NCBI GenBank assembly: GCA_030390025.1
Contig: JASTWF010000035.1
Span: forward strand, 868,001-932,000
Direction: 5' to 3'
Origin: Squalus acanthias
Lineage: Eukaryota
Length of the DNA: 64,000 bases
Shown: positions 24,604 through 38,324 of the stretch, piece after piece
How the letters are laid out: the number at the start of each line of letters is the position of its first letter
Numbering within the stretch: the stretch's first letter is position 1
Program-made: the position numbers and the translations under genes
The notes under the pieces: generated by a model
Told to the model about the DNA's origin: nothing
The model's database searches: none
What the model saw: the letters and a program-made list of their open reading frames with translations, nothing else

Positions 24604-26965
24604 GATGCCAGGATTATTTCAACTGAGGCAAAGAGTGCAGAGTCCAACTGATTGTACTTGGAATATTTTCCAAACATACCGGGTTAACCGGTAACTTGTT
24701 TGGAAACTTTTTTTGGATCTCAAACTATTGTTTATGAACTGCAAAGAAAGTTTAGATTTGTTAAAGGGGCAATGTCACAGAAATGGGGATCATGCAGAGT
24801 CCTGAGAAGGGGACCATCACCTTAAATCCCACGTCCCTCTGCAGCAAGTGCACACTAAAAGTTTTATAAAAATAACAACAGAAAATGCTGGAAACACTCA
24901 GCAGGTCAGGCAGCATCGAGGAGAGAGAAACAGAGTCAACGTTTCGGGTCGAACCCTTCAACAGATTCGGTTCGACTCGAAACGTTAACTCCGTTTCTCT
25001 CTCCTCGATGCTGCCTGACCTGCTGAGTGTTTCCAGCATTTTCTGTTATTTCAGATTTCCAGCATCCGCAGTTTTTTTAATGCGTTCTTGGGATGTGCGT
25101 AACACGGGCATTTATTGCCTTAAGAAGGCAATGGGCCTTGTGGGGGCCTCGTAATAACAACTGCCAACGTATCCCCGCTCCCTCCCTCACCTCCCATCCC
25201 ATCCCGCTCCCTCCCCCACCTCCCATCCCATCCCATCCTGCTCCCTCCCTCCCGCCCCCACCTCCCATCCCATCCTGCTCCCTCCCCCCACCCCCACCTC
25301 CCATCCCATCCCGCTCCCTCCCTCACCTCCCATCCCATCCCATCCTGCTCCCTCCCCCCGCCCCCACCTCCCATCCCATCCTGCTCCCTCACCCCCGCCC
25401 CCACCTCCCATCCCATCCCATCCTGCTCCCTCCCCCCGCCCCCGCCCATCCCATCCCGCTCCCTCCCCCCGCCCCCCACCTCCCATCCCATCCCGCTCCC
25501 TCACCCCCGCCCCCACCTGCCATCCCGCTCCCTCCCCCACCTCCCATCCCATCCCATCCCGCTCCCTCCCCCCGCCCCCACCTATCCCTCTGAAGTGGCG
25601 AGTGAAATGAGCAGGGAGGTGAGCAGAGACAGCTCCATGATGCCAGGATTATTTCAACTGAGGGAAAGAGTGCAGAGTCCAACTGATTGTACTTTGAATG
25701 TTTTCCAAACATACTGGTTTGACCGATAACTTGTTTGGAAACTTTTTTTGGATCTCAAACTATTGTTTATGAACTGCAAAGAAAGTTTAGATTTGTTAAA
25801 GGGGCAATGTCACAGAAATGGGGATCATGCAGAGTCCTGAGAAGGGGACCATCACCTTAAATCCCACGTCCCTCTGCAGCAAGTGCACACTAAAAGTTTT
25901 ATAAAAATAACAACAGAAAATGCTGGAAACACTCAGCAGGTCAGGCAGCATCGAGGAGAGAGAAACAGAGTCAACGTTTCGGGTCGAACCCTTCAACAGA
26001 TTCGGTTCGACTCGAAACATTAACTCCGTTTCTCTCTCCTCGATGCTGCCTGACCTGCTGAGTGTTTCCAGCATTTTCTGTTATTTCAGATTTCCAGCAT
26101 CCGCAGTATTTTGTTATTGTAAAAGTTTTTTTAATGCGTTCTTGGGATGTGCGTAACACGGGCATTTATTGCCTTAAGAAGGCAATGGGCCTTGTGGGGG
26201 CCTCGTAATAACAACTGCCAATGTATCCCCGCTCCCTCCCTCACCTCCCATCCCATCCCGCTCCCTCCCCCACCTCCCATCCCATCCCATCCTGCTCCCT
26301 CCCCCCGCCCCCACCTCCCATCCCATCCCGCTCCCTCCCCCCGCCCCCACCTCCCATCCCGCTGACTCCCCCACCTCCCATCCCATCCCGCTCCCACCCC
26401 CCCGCCCCCACCTCCCATCCCATCGCGCTCCCTCCCCCCCGCCCCCACCTCCCATCCAATCCCGCTCCCTCCCGCCCACCCCCACCTCCCATCCCAGCCC
26501 GCTCCCTCCCCCCCTGCTCCCACCTCCCATCGCATTCCGCTCCCTCCCCCCGCCCCACCTCCCATCCCATCCCGCTCCCTCCCCCCCGCTCCCATCACCC
26601 ATCCCATCCCGCTCCCTCCCCCCGCCCCCACCTCCCATCCCATCCCGCTCCCTCCCCCCGCCCCGACCTCCCATCCCATCCCGCTCCCTCCCCCCGCCCC
26701 GACCTCCCATCCCATCCCACTCCCTCACCCCTCCCCGACCTCCCATCCCATATTGCTCCCTGTCCCCGCCCCGACCTCCCATCCCATATTGCTCCCTGTC
26801 CCCGCCCCGACCTCCCATCCCATCCCATTTCCTCACCCCTCCCCCTCTCCCATCCCATCCTGCTCCCTGTCCCCGCCCCGACCTCCCATCCCATCCTGCT
26901 CCCTCACCCCTCCCCGACCTCCCATCCCATCCTGCTCCCTGTCCCCGCTCCGACCGCCCATCCCA
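24562..26965. repeat. Tandem duplication (offset 1035 bp) of the RDH start-codon/promoter region, with C-rich minisatellites at 25170-25590 and 26225-26965
   Basis: 24562-25170 is nearly identical to 25597-26225. Confidence 0.92.
24877..25072. repeat. Palindromic Penelope-derived repeat (second copy at ~25912-26115; single arm at ~60095-60210)
   Basis: Long inverted arms acagaaaatgctggaaacactcagcaggtcaggcagcatcgaggagagagaaac... around a hammerhead-like centre. Confidence 0.75.
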
Positions 26966-29100
26966 GGCAGTGCATTCCATAGGTTTTTGAAATCTCAATT
27001 CCTACTTGTAAAACTTGGGATCTTGAATTTCTGAGAAATTTATCAACTTGTCTTCCCACTTTTATACGTCTGAACCCCAAGTCTCTCTGCTCCTCTACTC
27101 CTTTCAATGGTTTCCCATTTAGTGTATATTTCCTCTCCTTCATCTTCCTCCCAAAATCCATCACCTTACATTTCTCCACATTAATCTATCAGTCCTCCTG
27201 AAGTCACTTACCGCCCTTTTCACAGATAACCACCCTACCTATTGATGTGCCGTCTGCAAATCAATTATTAAGAACAATGGTCCCAACACTGAACCCCGGA
27301 GAACACCACTATTTACATCCCTCCAGTCCAACGAACACCTATTAGCCATTATTCTCTGTTTTCTCTCCTTTAACCAACTTCCTATCCACACTTCCACACT
27401 CCCTTTTTATAAATGTTTTCCTGGGATGCGGGCGTCGCTGCCAATGCCAGCATTTATTGCCCATCCCTAATTGCCCTTAAGGTGGTGGTGAGCCGCCTTC
27501 TTGAACCGCTGCAGTCTGTGTGTTGAAGGTACTCCCACAGTGCTGTTAGGGAGGGAGTTCCAGGATTTTGACCCAGCGACAAAGAAGGATCGGCGATATA
27601 TTTCCAAGTCAGGATGGTGTGTAACTTGGAGGGGAACTTGGAGGTGATGGTGTTCCCATGCGCCTGCTGCCCTTGTCCTTCTAGATGGAAGAGGTCGTGG
27701 GTTTGGGAGGTGCTGCCGAAGAAGCCTTGGCAAGTTGCTGCAGTGAATCTTGTAGATGGTACACACTGCAGCCACGGTACACCGATGGTGGAGGGAGTGA
27801 ATGTTTAAGGTGGTGGATGGGGTGCCAATCAAGTGGGCTGCTTTGTCCTGGATGGTGTCGAGCTTCTTGAGTGTTGTTGGAGCTGCACTCATCCAGGCAA
27901 GTGGAGAGTATTCCATCACACTCCTTACTTGTGCCTTGTGTATAGTGGAAAGGCTTTGGGGAGTCAGGAGATGAGACACTCGCCGCAGAATACATAGAAA
28001 ACATAGAAACATAGAAAAATAGGAGCAGGAGTAGGCCATTCAGCCCTTCGAGCCTGCTCCCCAATCAATATGATCATGGCTGATCCTCTATCTCAATACC
28101 ATATTCCCGCTCTCTCCCCATACCCTTTGATGCCTTTTGTGTCTAGAAATCTATCTATCTCCTTCTTAAATATGTTCAGTGACTTGGCCTCCACAGCCTT
28201 CTGTGGTAGAGATTTCCACAGGTTAACCACCCTCTGAGTGAAGAAATTTCTCCTCATCTCAGTCCTAAATGTCCTACCCTGTATCCTGAGACTGTGACCC
28301 CCTCGTTCTAGACACCCCCAGCCAGGGGAAACATCCTCCCTGCATCCAGTCTGTCTAGCCCTGTCAGAATTTTATAGGTTTCAATGAGATCCCCTCAGAT
28401 TTGGAATAGAGTGCTAAGCTGCGAGTTTGGTGAGTGAGGGATTAACTCTTAAAGGTTAATCTCTTATTTTTATAAATTCTAGTCTTGTGTGCTTGCAATT
28501 AGCATTTAAATTTACTGTTTCAAGTTTTAAGTTTCTTCCAGGCTTGGGCAGGGCGAAGCAAGCTCTGTGCTGGAGAGCAGGTGATAGTAATTAATTAATT
28601 AACTGGTCTAATTGGGTTCTGTAACTGCCAGAGAGCAGATTTGGAATAGAGTGCTAAGCTGCGAGTTTGGTGAGTGAGGGAGTTCGGGGAGGGAGGTGTG
28701 CCTTCCTTTTTCCATCTTTGTCAGGTTCCTGGTGTGGTGGCGGACCTGCGTGAGGCGACGCGGCGGCAGAGGGTTTAAAAGGCTCCAGAGACCAGGTAAG
28801 GCGGGACCAGTCTCCGAACTCGGAGGGAGGGAGAGAGGTAAAAATAATCGAGGTGTGATGTCACCAGAAAGCAGGTAAGTAATTTGTTGGTGAGTATTTC
28901 TCTCTTTTTAAACTTAAACTCTGTGGGTTATAGTTAATAAGGCCTTTCTGGTGCAGAGTGACTGTTGGTAATCCATTTAACTGGTGTAATTTAGAGGGAT
29001 TGATTTAATTTAAATCCAATTAATTAGAGGGGATACTAGCATCTATAATCGGGCAGAGTGTCCATAACTAACAATAAAATGTTTTAATTAATTACATAGA

Positions 29101-30053
29101 ATGGAGCAGGTGATGTGTTACTGTTGCGAGATGTGGGAGCCGGTGGACCCCATTGAGGCTCACGGTGATTACATCTGTGACAAGTGTCTGCTGCTACAGG
29201 AACTCCAGCTCCGTATTGATGAGCTGGAGTCTGAGCTTCAGACACTGCGACACATCAGGGTGGGGGAGAAGTACCTGGACTTTGTGTTTCAGGAGGTGGT
29301 CACACTTATGCAGTTAATTAATTCAGATGTAGCCCATGGTCAGGGACAGGACGGTGTGACTACGAGTGAGGCAGGTACGGGGATCCAGGAGGTAGTGTTG
29401 GAGGAGCCGCAGCCCTTGCTCTTGTCCAACAGGTTCGAGGTTCTTACTCCCTGTGGGGACAGGAGCAGGGACTGCAGGGAGGATGAGCAACCTGGCCACA
29501 GCACCGTGGAACAGGGGGCCATTCAAGAGGGGGGAGTAAATAGAAATGTTGTAGTGGTAGGGGATAGTATTATTAGGGGGATAGATAGAGTTCTCTGCAG
29601 CCGAGAGCGAGAGTCCCGTAGGCTGTGTTGCCTGCCCGGTGCCAGGGTTAAGGACATCTCCTCTGGGCTGGAAAGAAACTTGCAGTGGGAGGGGGTGGAT
29701 CCAGTTGTCATGGTCCATGTTGGTACAAACGACGTAGATAGGACAAGGAAGCAGGTTCTGTTAAAGGAGTATGAGCAGCTAGGGGTCAAATTAAAAAACA
29801 GAACCTCAAGGGTATTAATCTCTGGATTATTACCTGAGCCACAACGAATTTGGCTAGGACAAATAAAATTAGAGAGTTAAATGAGTGGCTCAAAGACTGG
29901 TGTGGGAGAAATGGGTTTTGCTTCCTGGGACACTGGCACCAGTACTGGGGCAGGAGGGAGCTGTTCCGTTGGGACGGGCTTCACTTGGCCAGTGCTGGGA
30001 CTAGAGTCCTGGCGGATCATATAACTAGGGCTGTAGAGAGGGCTTTAAACTAA
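29101..30053 (+). pseudogene. CR1 ORF1p: zinc finger/leucine zipper plus SGNH esterase; frameshift ~29850
   Basis: CYCC..CDKC, heptad repeat LQLRIDELESEL, and VVVGDSII, VHVGTND, WDGLHL blocks. Confidence 0.9.
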
Positions 30054-31768
30054 CTAGTGGGGGGGAGGTTCCTAGAGAGCAAATAATAAAAATGACAACA
30101 GAGAAGGTCATAGACTTAGGTAGCAGTGGGGAAATTAAAAACCAGAGTGTGTCAGGAAGGGGCAGAAGGTATGGAGTAAAAGGTAAAGTAATAAAAAGGG
30201 CAAAAGCAGGAACTAAGTGTCACAAAACATATTTGAAAGTTCTCTATCTGAATGCACGTAGCATTCGTAACAAAATAGATGAGTTAATGGCACAAATAAC
30301 TACATATGGGTATGATCTTGTGGCCATTACAGGAACATGGCTGCAGGGTGACAATGCCTGGGAATTAAACATACCAGGTTATTTAACGATCAGGAAGGAC
30401 AGGCAGGAAGGAAGGGGAGGTGGGGTGGCTATGTTAATAAAGGAAGGAATCACTGTACTACAGAGAAATGATATTGGGTCAAAAGATCAGGATAATGAAA
30501 CAGTTTGGGTGGAGATAAGGAATAATAAGGGGAAAAAAACACTAGTGGGCGTAGTCTATAGGCCTCCGAACAGTTGCAACTCTGTTGGACAGAGTATCAA
30601 TCAGGAAATAGTTGAGGCTTGTAATAAGGGAACATCTTTAATTATGGGGGATTTTAACTATCATATTAATTGGACAAATCAAATTGGGCAGGGCTGCCTT
30701 GAAGATGAGTTCATTGAGTGTATTAGGGATGGGTTTCTTGAGCAGTATGTAACTGAACCGACCAGGGGGCAAGCAACCTTAGATCTGGTCCTGTGTAACG
30801 AGACAGGATTAATTAAAAATGTCTTAGTAAAGGATCCCCTTGGAATGAGTGACCATAACATGGTTGAATTCCATATTCAATTAGAGGGTGAGAAGGTTGG
30901 ATCTCAAACAAACGTGCTAAGCTTGAATAAAGGAGACTATGAAGGTATGCAAGCAGAATTGAGTAGAGTGGATTGGGAAAATAGATTAAAGTGTAAGACG
31001 ATGCATGATCAGTGGTGTACATTTAAGGAGTTATTTTACAACTTCCAAAAAATATATATTCCACTGAGAAGAAAAGGGTGTAAAAGAAAAGACAGTCATC
31101 CATGGCTAAGTAAAGAAATTAAGGATAATATTCGACTAAAAACAAGGGCTTATAAGGTAGCAAAATCTAGTGGGAGGATAGAGGATTGGGAAAACTTTAA
31201 AAGACAGCAAAAAATAACAAAGATTGAGTAAGAAAGGGAAGATAGATTATGAAAGTAAATTAGCAAAAAATATAAAAACAGATAGTAAGAGTTTTTATAG
31301 TTATATAAAAAGAAAAAGGGTGGCTAAAGTAAATGTTGGTCCCTTAGAGGATGAGACCGGGAAATTAATGGTGGGAAATATGGAGATGGCAAATACACTG
31401 AATGAATATTTTGTATCAGTCTTTACAGTAGAGGACACTAAGGGGGAAAAATTCAGTTGGTTGCGCCTCCCGTTAGCGCCTTAAGAGGGCGCTAATGGGG
31501 CGCAAAGCATCTAGCGCCCAGGCGCGGCGAAGTTTGCGCCGCTCGCGAAATTAACTAGACATTTTGCGGCAGGCGCTAAACACTACCGCCACGATCTCCT
31601 GCGCCGGCAGATCATGACGTCAGTCGAGTGTGCAACGCCCCGGTATCACCCCGGAGCGGATATTGAGTGGCGCCCCCTGCCTTACCGCCTGACGCTAGCA
31701 ATGACAGGTTGAGGGGAGCGTTCTGCAGTCATGAAGGGAAAGGGGGAGCGCTATTTAAAGGTGACCGC

Positions 31769-32290
31769 TGTGGAAGTGCAGTTTTTGTCTCGGACAAAAT
31801 GGTGTCCTTGAATTTAAACTAATAAAATGGCCGACTCTGACTTGTGTGGAAAAGGGAAAAAATCCATTGTTATGTTCTTTTCTGAAAATAACTTTAAATT
31901 CTTAGACTATGCTGTCAGCAAAAGACTGCCTGCACAAAAGAAAACAGGCTTAATATTGAGATAACCAAGGGCTAGTAAAGTAAACAAACCAGGCGCCTTG
32001 ACCTTGGTGAGAGAAGTAAAATAGATAGACTCCATTTTATAGAGATTAGCTAGTCTCATTGTAAGGCATTTCTAACGTGTTTTTTTCTAATTGTTAACTT
32101 AGCTTACCTTAAACAACATTTCATGTGATATTATACTGTATAAGAATACTCCATTTTCGGTGATTCAGCAGTCTGTCATCATAGCTAATTGGGCTATGGT
32201 TGCAGTGTCCTTGCAAGTAAAAATATAATAAAAAGCCTTCTTTGACGATATTGTCTACAAGAGTCTTTAATCGGAAGTCAAACTTCGACA
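31769..32290 (+). repeat. 5' LTR of ERV copy 2
   Basis: TG..CA termini; 4 substitutions versus the 3' LTR by manual comparison. Confidence 0.96.
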
Positions 32291-32296
32291 GTTTCT

Positions 32297-32314
32297 TGGA
32301 GGTCCCACCGAGAT
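32297..32314 (+). promoter_or_regulatory. Primer-binding site, tRNA-Gln
   Basis: TGGAGGTCCCACCGAGAT is the exact complement of the tRNA-Gln(TTG) 3' 18 nt. A splice donor gcg|gtaagt follows at ~32330. Confidence 0.93.
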
Positions 32315-32937
32315 CGCTTGCTATCTTGCGGTAAGTCACGGACAAGGCATCATGAATTTCTAGTGACAAATCCTATGGCCACAGTGATTTTTTATCACAA
32401 AAAAAAGGGATTTCTCATTAGATCCTGAATGATGTATGTCTGTTTCTTCCGACAGGTACACTGCGATTGTTAAGACTTTGTTTAGATTTGAGTTGAATCT
32501 TGTAGCTTTTGAATTAGACAAATTGGGGGGAAAAAAATCAGTACATTGGAAAAAAAAAAGGGAAGGAAATTTAAAAATAAACTGTCGGGCAAAGAAGGCA
32601 AGGGAAAAAGTCGACAGGGTTGTATCCCGGATTAAAACTGCAGTCTCAAGGGTGGGTCCTTTGCCCTTGAGCAGCGAAAGCTGCAGTATAAAAGGTACCA
32701 GGAGATAAAACTGCAGTCTCAAGGGTGGGTCCTTGAGCAAAAAAAAATAACTGAAAATTGACTATCACAAAAAAAAATCAGTAAATTGACTATCACAAAA
32801 AAAAAATCAGTAAATGACTATTGAGAATCTCACAGCAGAGTATAGAGTATAAGTTAAATGTTAAGGACTCAGTTTGTAATGAAGAACAATGCAAAACTGA
32901 GAATTGACTATTTGTTTAGTTTAAAGTATAAGGTTAA

Positions 32938-33830
32938 GGGGTAGAAATTAGGTCGCGCCCCATTTGGGGCGCAAATATCGTCCGGACGCAAATATTAGCG
33001 CCTGGCGCTAATTATCGGCACTGACTGGAAACTTCACTTTTACCGCCCCGGGAGATGATTGGAGCGCTAAAGCAGGCGCTGCACACCTCTCTTGGCGCAA
33101 AGGCCGAGCAGTGAGGCGCTAACTCGGAGCGCTGGCGAAGCTCATGTAATGTCAATCAGCAATGGAACACACACACAATGGCACGGGCCAGTTCTTAAAG
33201 GGGATGGTTAATCTTGCTTTCCATCCACATCCTGTTCATTGCTGCCTTGAATCTCGGCCTGGAGAGACCTGCACATCAAATGTGCTGGAAAGAACAATGG
33301 AGAGTACCAGGCAAAGAGCTCAGAGTGCAGCTCCCACAGTCTCTGCTAAATCGATACAAGGAATGGCAAATCAAAATGAACCTGCAAAGTGCTGCTCAGT
33401 ACCCAAAACTCCTTCACACAACGTTGAATCTCTCCAGAAGTCTCTCCCTCTCTCTCTCAGAATGCGTAGTTCAAAAATGCCACCAACAATAAAAGACAGG
33501 AAGAGGTCCCCTTTAAATAGCGCCCCCCCCCCAGCCCCACAGCGATTGATAGCGTTCCAGTCTTCTGGTCGTTGGAAGCGCCAGGCGGTAAGGCAGGGGG
33601 CGCCACTCAATTTCCGCTACGGGGCGCCACAAGGGCGTTGCACCATGGAATGACGTCACAATCTGCGCGCGCAGGTGGTCGCAGCGGTAAGTTTTAGCGC
33701 CGCCGCACAATCTCAAGTTAAGTTCTCGAGCGGCGCAAACATCGCTGCACCCGGGCGTTAGTGGCTTTGCGCCCCATTAGCGCCCTCTTAAGGCGCTAAC
33801 GGGAGGCGCAACCAAGTGAATTTTTACCCC
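32938..33830 (+). mobile_element. Harbinger MITE copy C, inside the ERV leader
   Basis: GGGGTAGAAATT...AATTTTTACCCC, TSD TAA (32935-32937, 33831-33833). Confidence 0.9.
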
Positions 33831-35699
33831 TAAATGTTTAATTATTTGATTTGTTTGCCTATTTGGTTTTTTGCATTACTTATAATTGTCTTGATTGTGG
33901 TTAGTTCTTGTTATTGTCTTGTAATATTATTGGATGGTCAGAAATAATCATAAGGCGGTAAAGGGTAAAACTTACGCGATTTAGAAGGAGAGTGCCTTTT
34001 TATATGAGATTTGTTGAGTGAAAGGAATCTTAAAAGGAATACTGGGATCTCAGTTGTGTGAAAGTGTGAGTGAAAAGTGTAAAAGATTCCTGATTTGTGT
34101 GAATGTTTAAGTTTGTTAAGTTACAGTATTATTTTTGTCCGAGACACTGAGAAAAAAAATTCTGCAAAAAAAGGGTGTTAGTCATTTTGTTTATGTTTCA
34201 GCTCCACCCACTCTTTTGTACAGAGAGCTAAAAGCTGTTTTTAACTCTTTGAAGACTTGTCTTGAATGATACTCAAGTGTGTTGTTTTAAGTTTGTTAAT
34301 TGTTTACAAGAGGTATAAGCTTCAGCCTTGAAGTCACAGTTACCAATGTGCCTGGAAAGAAAATTAATTTGAATGTTTACAAGGCATGGTAATTGTTTCT
34401 TTGTTAAATGTGACTATGGTTTCTTTTCCAACTGACACTGGTTAGTTTAAAAAAAAAATTGATCTGGATTGAATTGGAATTATTGAGGTTAATTAACCTA
34501 TAAAAAAAAACAGACTTTCATTGTGCACGGTGAAATTCTGGTTGGTGTAAATTTGTGTAGACCGCATTGAATAAGATATTTAATGGTCTGAAACCAGATT
34601 TTGAAATATTTACAGTCTTGGATACAGAACGGGTTCTGGTCCATACCATTGGCAGAGGAATCACAAGGAAATTCGCCTTTACTGTCAGGGATAGACAGGA
34701 ATTTTATATCAGACTTTGCAGAGAAAGCATTGTGCCCCAAGAATTAGAAAAAAAAACTAATATGAATTACAATTTAAGTTAAGCTGGTGTGTAAAAACTG
34801 AAGAACAACAAAAAAAAGTTTGTTTAACAAAAGATTAAGTTTCGGTCTAAGATTTAACCTTGGAGTCGCGTTTGCTATGGTGAAATCTTCCAAAGCAATT
34901 TGATTTGATTTGCTTAAATGTGAAAAACTAATTTATAGTTATAGTATTTTGGAAAGACATCTGAAGAAAGGACAATAAGAAATATGATGTAATTTATGGT
35001 TTTCTACAAGCATGTACTAGTTTGTTTTGTTTTATCTGTTCTGTTCATGTTTAGTTAAAGTGTGAAAACACAACTGCTTTTTTGGATCGGGAAAGTTTTT
35101 TTTTTCATTTACGTAAAGTGACGCAATTGCGTGCGCCTGATAATGTTTCGCTCCACCTTCTTAAAAAAACCTGCAAAGGAGTTAACCCTTTCCACTGACA
35201 GCTGATTAAGTTCATCGAGCAACAACTTTAGTATGAAATTTAAAGATATTGGACATTATTAAATATAAGTTTCTTAATTTTAAGTTAATATGTCCCCACA
35301 GTGACAGAAGGAAAATTATGATTTGATAAATTAACCCCTTGGGCTCTAAGTAGAGTCACAATGGATTCTCTTCTTTCTTTTGTTATATGGAAGTTACTTT
35401 GTAAACTAATTGCAGCACTTCTGTCTCTAATGTTAAAACACTGTATAAGCCACCTAGCCTAGAAATCATTTGTTTCTGAAATTGGAAATGGAAGATAAAT
35501 TGATAGGTTTTGTCAATGTTCAATTTCATTTCTATCAGTTCAACAGTACTGCTGTTTGGATTTTGGGATAATTTTGTAATAACAAAATGGACTCAGGCAA
35601 TATATATATATATATATATATATATGGGGTTACTTTTGGGAAAATAAAAGATCCTCTAAAATAATGATAAATAAAAAGTGTTAGTAACTTGGACCTAGT

Positions 35700-37044
35700 G
35701 AGAATGTTCGATCTATGTTTTCAATCTTAAATATTATACTGGACAGTAAAGTTACTCCAGGGCTCATGAATGAGATATGAATGGTAATTAATGGGATGTG
35801 TAAGATAGAAACAGGAGAAATTACACTGCTGAATGGGAATTTTTAAAAAACTTGTTAGTGAAAGTCAGGAAAGTGTAGCTAAGAATAGTAAATTGATAGC
35901 TTTCTCTTGGAGACATTTGTGTCCCTGCCTATAATGAACTTTTAAGAAAACGGAATTTGATAGCCTGGCCACTATCCAAGATATCGGGACCATGCAGAGG
36001 AAGATGAACAAAGACAATCTTTTGATAAGATACCTGAAAGCCCAAGAAAGGCACATGTGACATGATATTGAGATACCGGTATGAGTGTGCAAATGTGATT
36101 TGTTATGTATGAAGCGATTACCATCTGGAAATGTATGTTGAATTTGCACTGAAGAACGGGTCTCAGACATGCTCAGTTACTTGACAACAGCAAGACATGA
36201 AATGGTTAATGTGGCTCAGGAGAGTGAAACAACTTTTAAAGCATTGACACATACTCCATCGAGAAACTATCTAATTAATGAAACAATCAGAATAGAGTTA
36301 AACACACTGGTACCTGTTAGAAGGATTGAAATTGAAGTTGAAGTGGAGAGTTACATGGAATCTGGATTGGGACAATTGAGGGCTAAGGAGAAATCATGTT
36401 TAGTAAGAATTATCCACAAGATGGATACGAGTAAAAGAGAGATCTGGAGAATCTTTTAAGTCCATGATTTGTTGATTAGATGTTAAACTGTAATGTTGCT
36501 TGAAATGATTGTAAGACTGAATTTAACTGTGACTGTTTTGTAGGTAACAGAGCGTGGGAAAAAAAACAGTGCGAATCCAGTATGAGGTGGTTTTTGTAGT
36601 GCCTCCTGTGTCACTACTACCGCAACTACCATGCTTTACAGGTCTAACAGGACCTGTCCAATCAATCAATACGTTTTACATAATATCGAAACCTATGCTC
36701 AAGTAAAACTGACAGTAAATGAGGTACTTAAGTATGAGCTGCACAATTATGTGGCATAATTCGGATACGACATTCCCCTGTTGTCTAAAGTTATCAGTGA
36801 GCTCAAGATGCGACTGAACTCCTCCCTAAAGCATTTTTATGTTTTGGAAGAAGACAACTCGAGAATAGATATTGAAATTGACAACATAGAGGACAACTCA
36901 CACTGGTGGGATAATTGGGCTTAATATATCAGCACACACTTAGATTTGTATTATTTCACACGCTCTGGTAGTTCTCCAACTTGTAATGATAGTGTATTTG
37001 ATATATGTAACCTATGTAGTAAGATACACAAGAGCAATGACTAA
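35700..37044 (+). pseudogene. Decayed glycoprotein-like gene inside ERV copy 2 (possible F-type env)
   Basis: Paralog of 1-870. Cys-containing broken frames (LATIQDIGT, CKCDLLC, SCVTTTATT..RTCPIN, HWWD) and a TM-like segment. Left boundary approximate. Confidence 0.45.
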
Positions 37045-37558
37045 CCAGCACTAACAAATTGAGCACACCGAAAGAGAAGATCCGAAGCAATGTAGAGGAC
37101 ACCCCAGGCGGGGTAACATCAGGAAGATAGAAGAAACAGAGGATACCCCAGGCGGGGCAGAATTGGAACACCGGAATGGACTATTAGAAGGGAGAAATCT
37201 TCAAGACTCACTACTAACTAATGCCCAAGTTGAGAGAGAGCAATAAGAACTAGCTAGATTAGTCAAGAGCCGATTGTGAGAAGTCAATAAGGGTTATTTC
37301 CTTCTCAAAGAAGGGAATTGTAAGAAATAGCTGTTAGATTCAAAGATGGGTTTTAATTCTTAGAACAGAAACTGACAACATGCAGCCAGGAATAGATAGC
37401 AGAAATGCCAGCAAGGTCGAATATCAAGCATCAAAAGACAAATAGAAGTGATAAGGGAATCGTAAAATGCAAAACAACACAGGGTGGGGGGGGGTAATAG
37501 ACAGAGAAAAAAAAGGGGAGTAAAAAAATTTTTTTTAAACTTTTGAAGGACTTACACA

Positions 37559-38299
37559 ATGGTAATCATAGATATGTTTTCAAGATGGGTTGAAGCTTTT
37601 CCATGTAAAAAGAATGATGCTGTAACAGTTGCAAAGTGTTTGTTAAAAGAAATCATACCAAGGTTTGGAATACCTATGCAACTTTCATGCGACAATGGAT
37701 CACATTTTACTGGAATGATCATAAAGGAACTATGTAAGGCTTTGCAGATTAATCAGCATTTCCACTGCAGTTATCATCCGCAATCTGCGGGATTAGTAGA
37801 AAGATATAACGGAATGCTGAAGAATAAACTTTCTAAACTTTGCAATGAAACTGGACTAAAATGGGTTGAACTGTTACCCTTAGCATTGAGGGTAATGCGA
37901 GCAGCAACTAACAGGACAACTGGACTGTCGCCACATGAGATTGTTATGGGACGGCCCCAAAGGCTGCCATTCTCAGCACCCTTTACGGTTAAACAAATGG
38001 ACATTCATAAAATGGATGAAAGTATGCTTAACTATTGCATTGCATTAACTAGATGTATTTCCAGCTTTCACCAACAGGTAAAGGAAGCTCAAACGGAACC
38101 GGCCGAAGGAAAGTGCCATAACTTGGAACCAGGAGATGACGTCTACGTAAAGGTCTTTAAGAGGAAGAACGGTCTGCAGCCACGCTTTGAAGGGCCATAT
38201 CAAGTACTCTTGACAACAAATACAGCTGTAAAGGTCAAGGAAAGATCTACTTGGATCCACGCATCCCATTGCAAGAAAGTATCAGATAAGGACAGTTGA
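37559..38299 (+). CDS. pol: N-terminally truncated retroviral integrase (246-aa open ORF)
   Basis: [45 protein letters not shown] and WIHASHCK. Lacks HHCC and the first catalytic Asp. Confidence 0.9.
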   Translation: MVIIDMFSRWVEAFPCKKNDAVTVAKCLLKEIIPRFGIPMQLSCDNGSHFTGMIIKELCKALQINQHFHCSYHPQSAGLVERYNGMLKNKLSKLCNETGLKWVELLPLALRVMRAATNRTTGLSPHEIVMGRPQRLPFSAPFTVKQMDIHKMDESMLNYCIALTRCISSFHQQVKEAQTEPAEGKCHNLEPGDDVYVKVFKRKNGLQPRFEGPYQVLLTTNTAVKVKERSTWIHASHCKKVSDKDS

Positions 38300-38324
38300 A
38301 TTTGAATTTGAAAAGACTTAAACA

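Noticed and set aside
25077..27034. Pro-rich and Gly/Trp-rich ORFs on both strands
   Set aside because: C-rich minisatellites.
34567..34782. NGLKPD-containing ORF as a gag remnant in ERV copy 2
   Set aside because: Only a 5-6 residue resemblance to a capsid motif; not supportable without a profile search.
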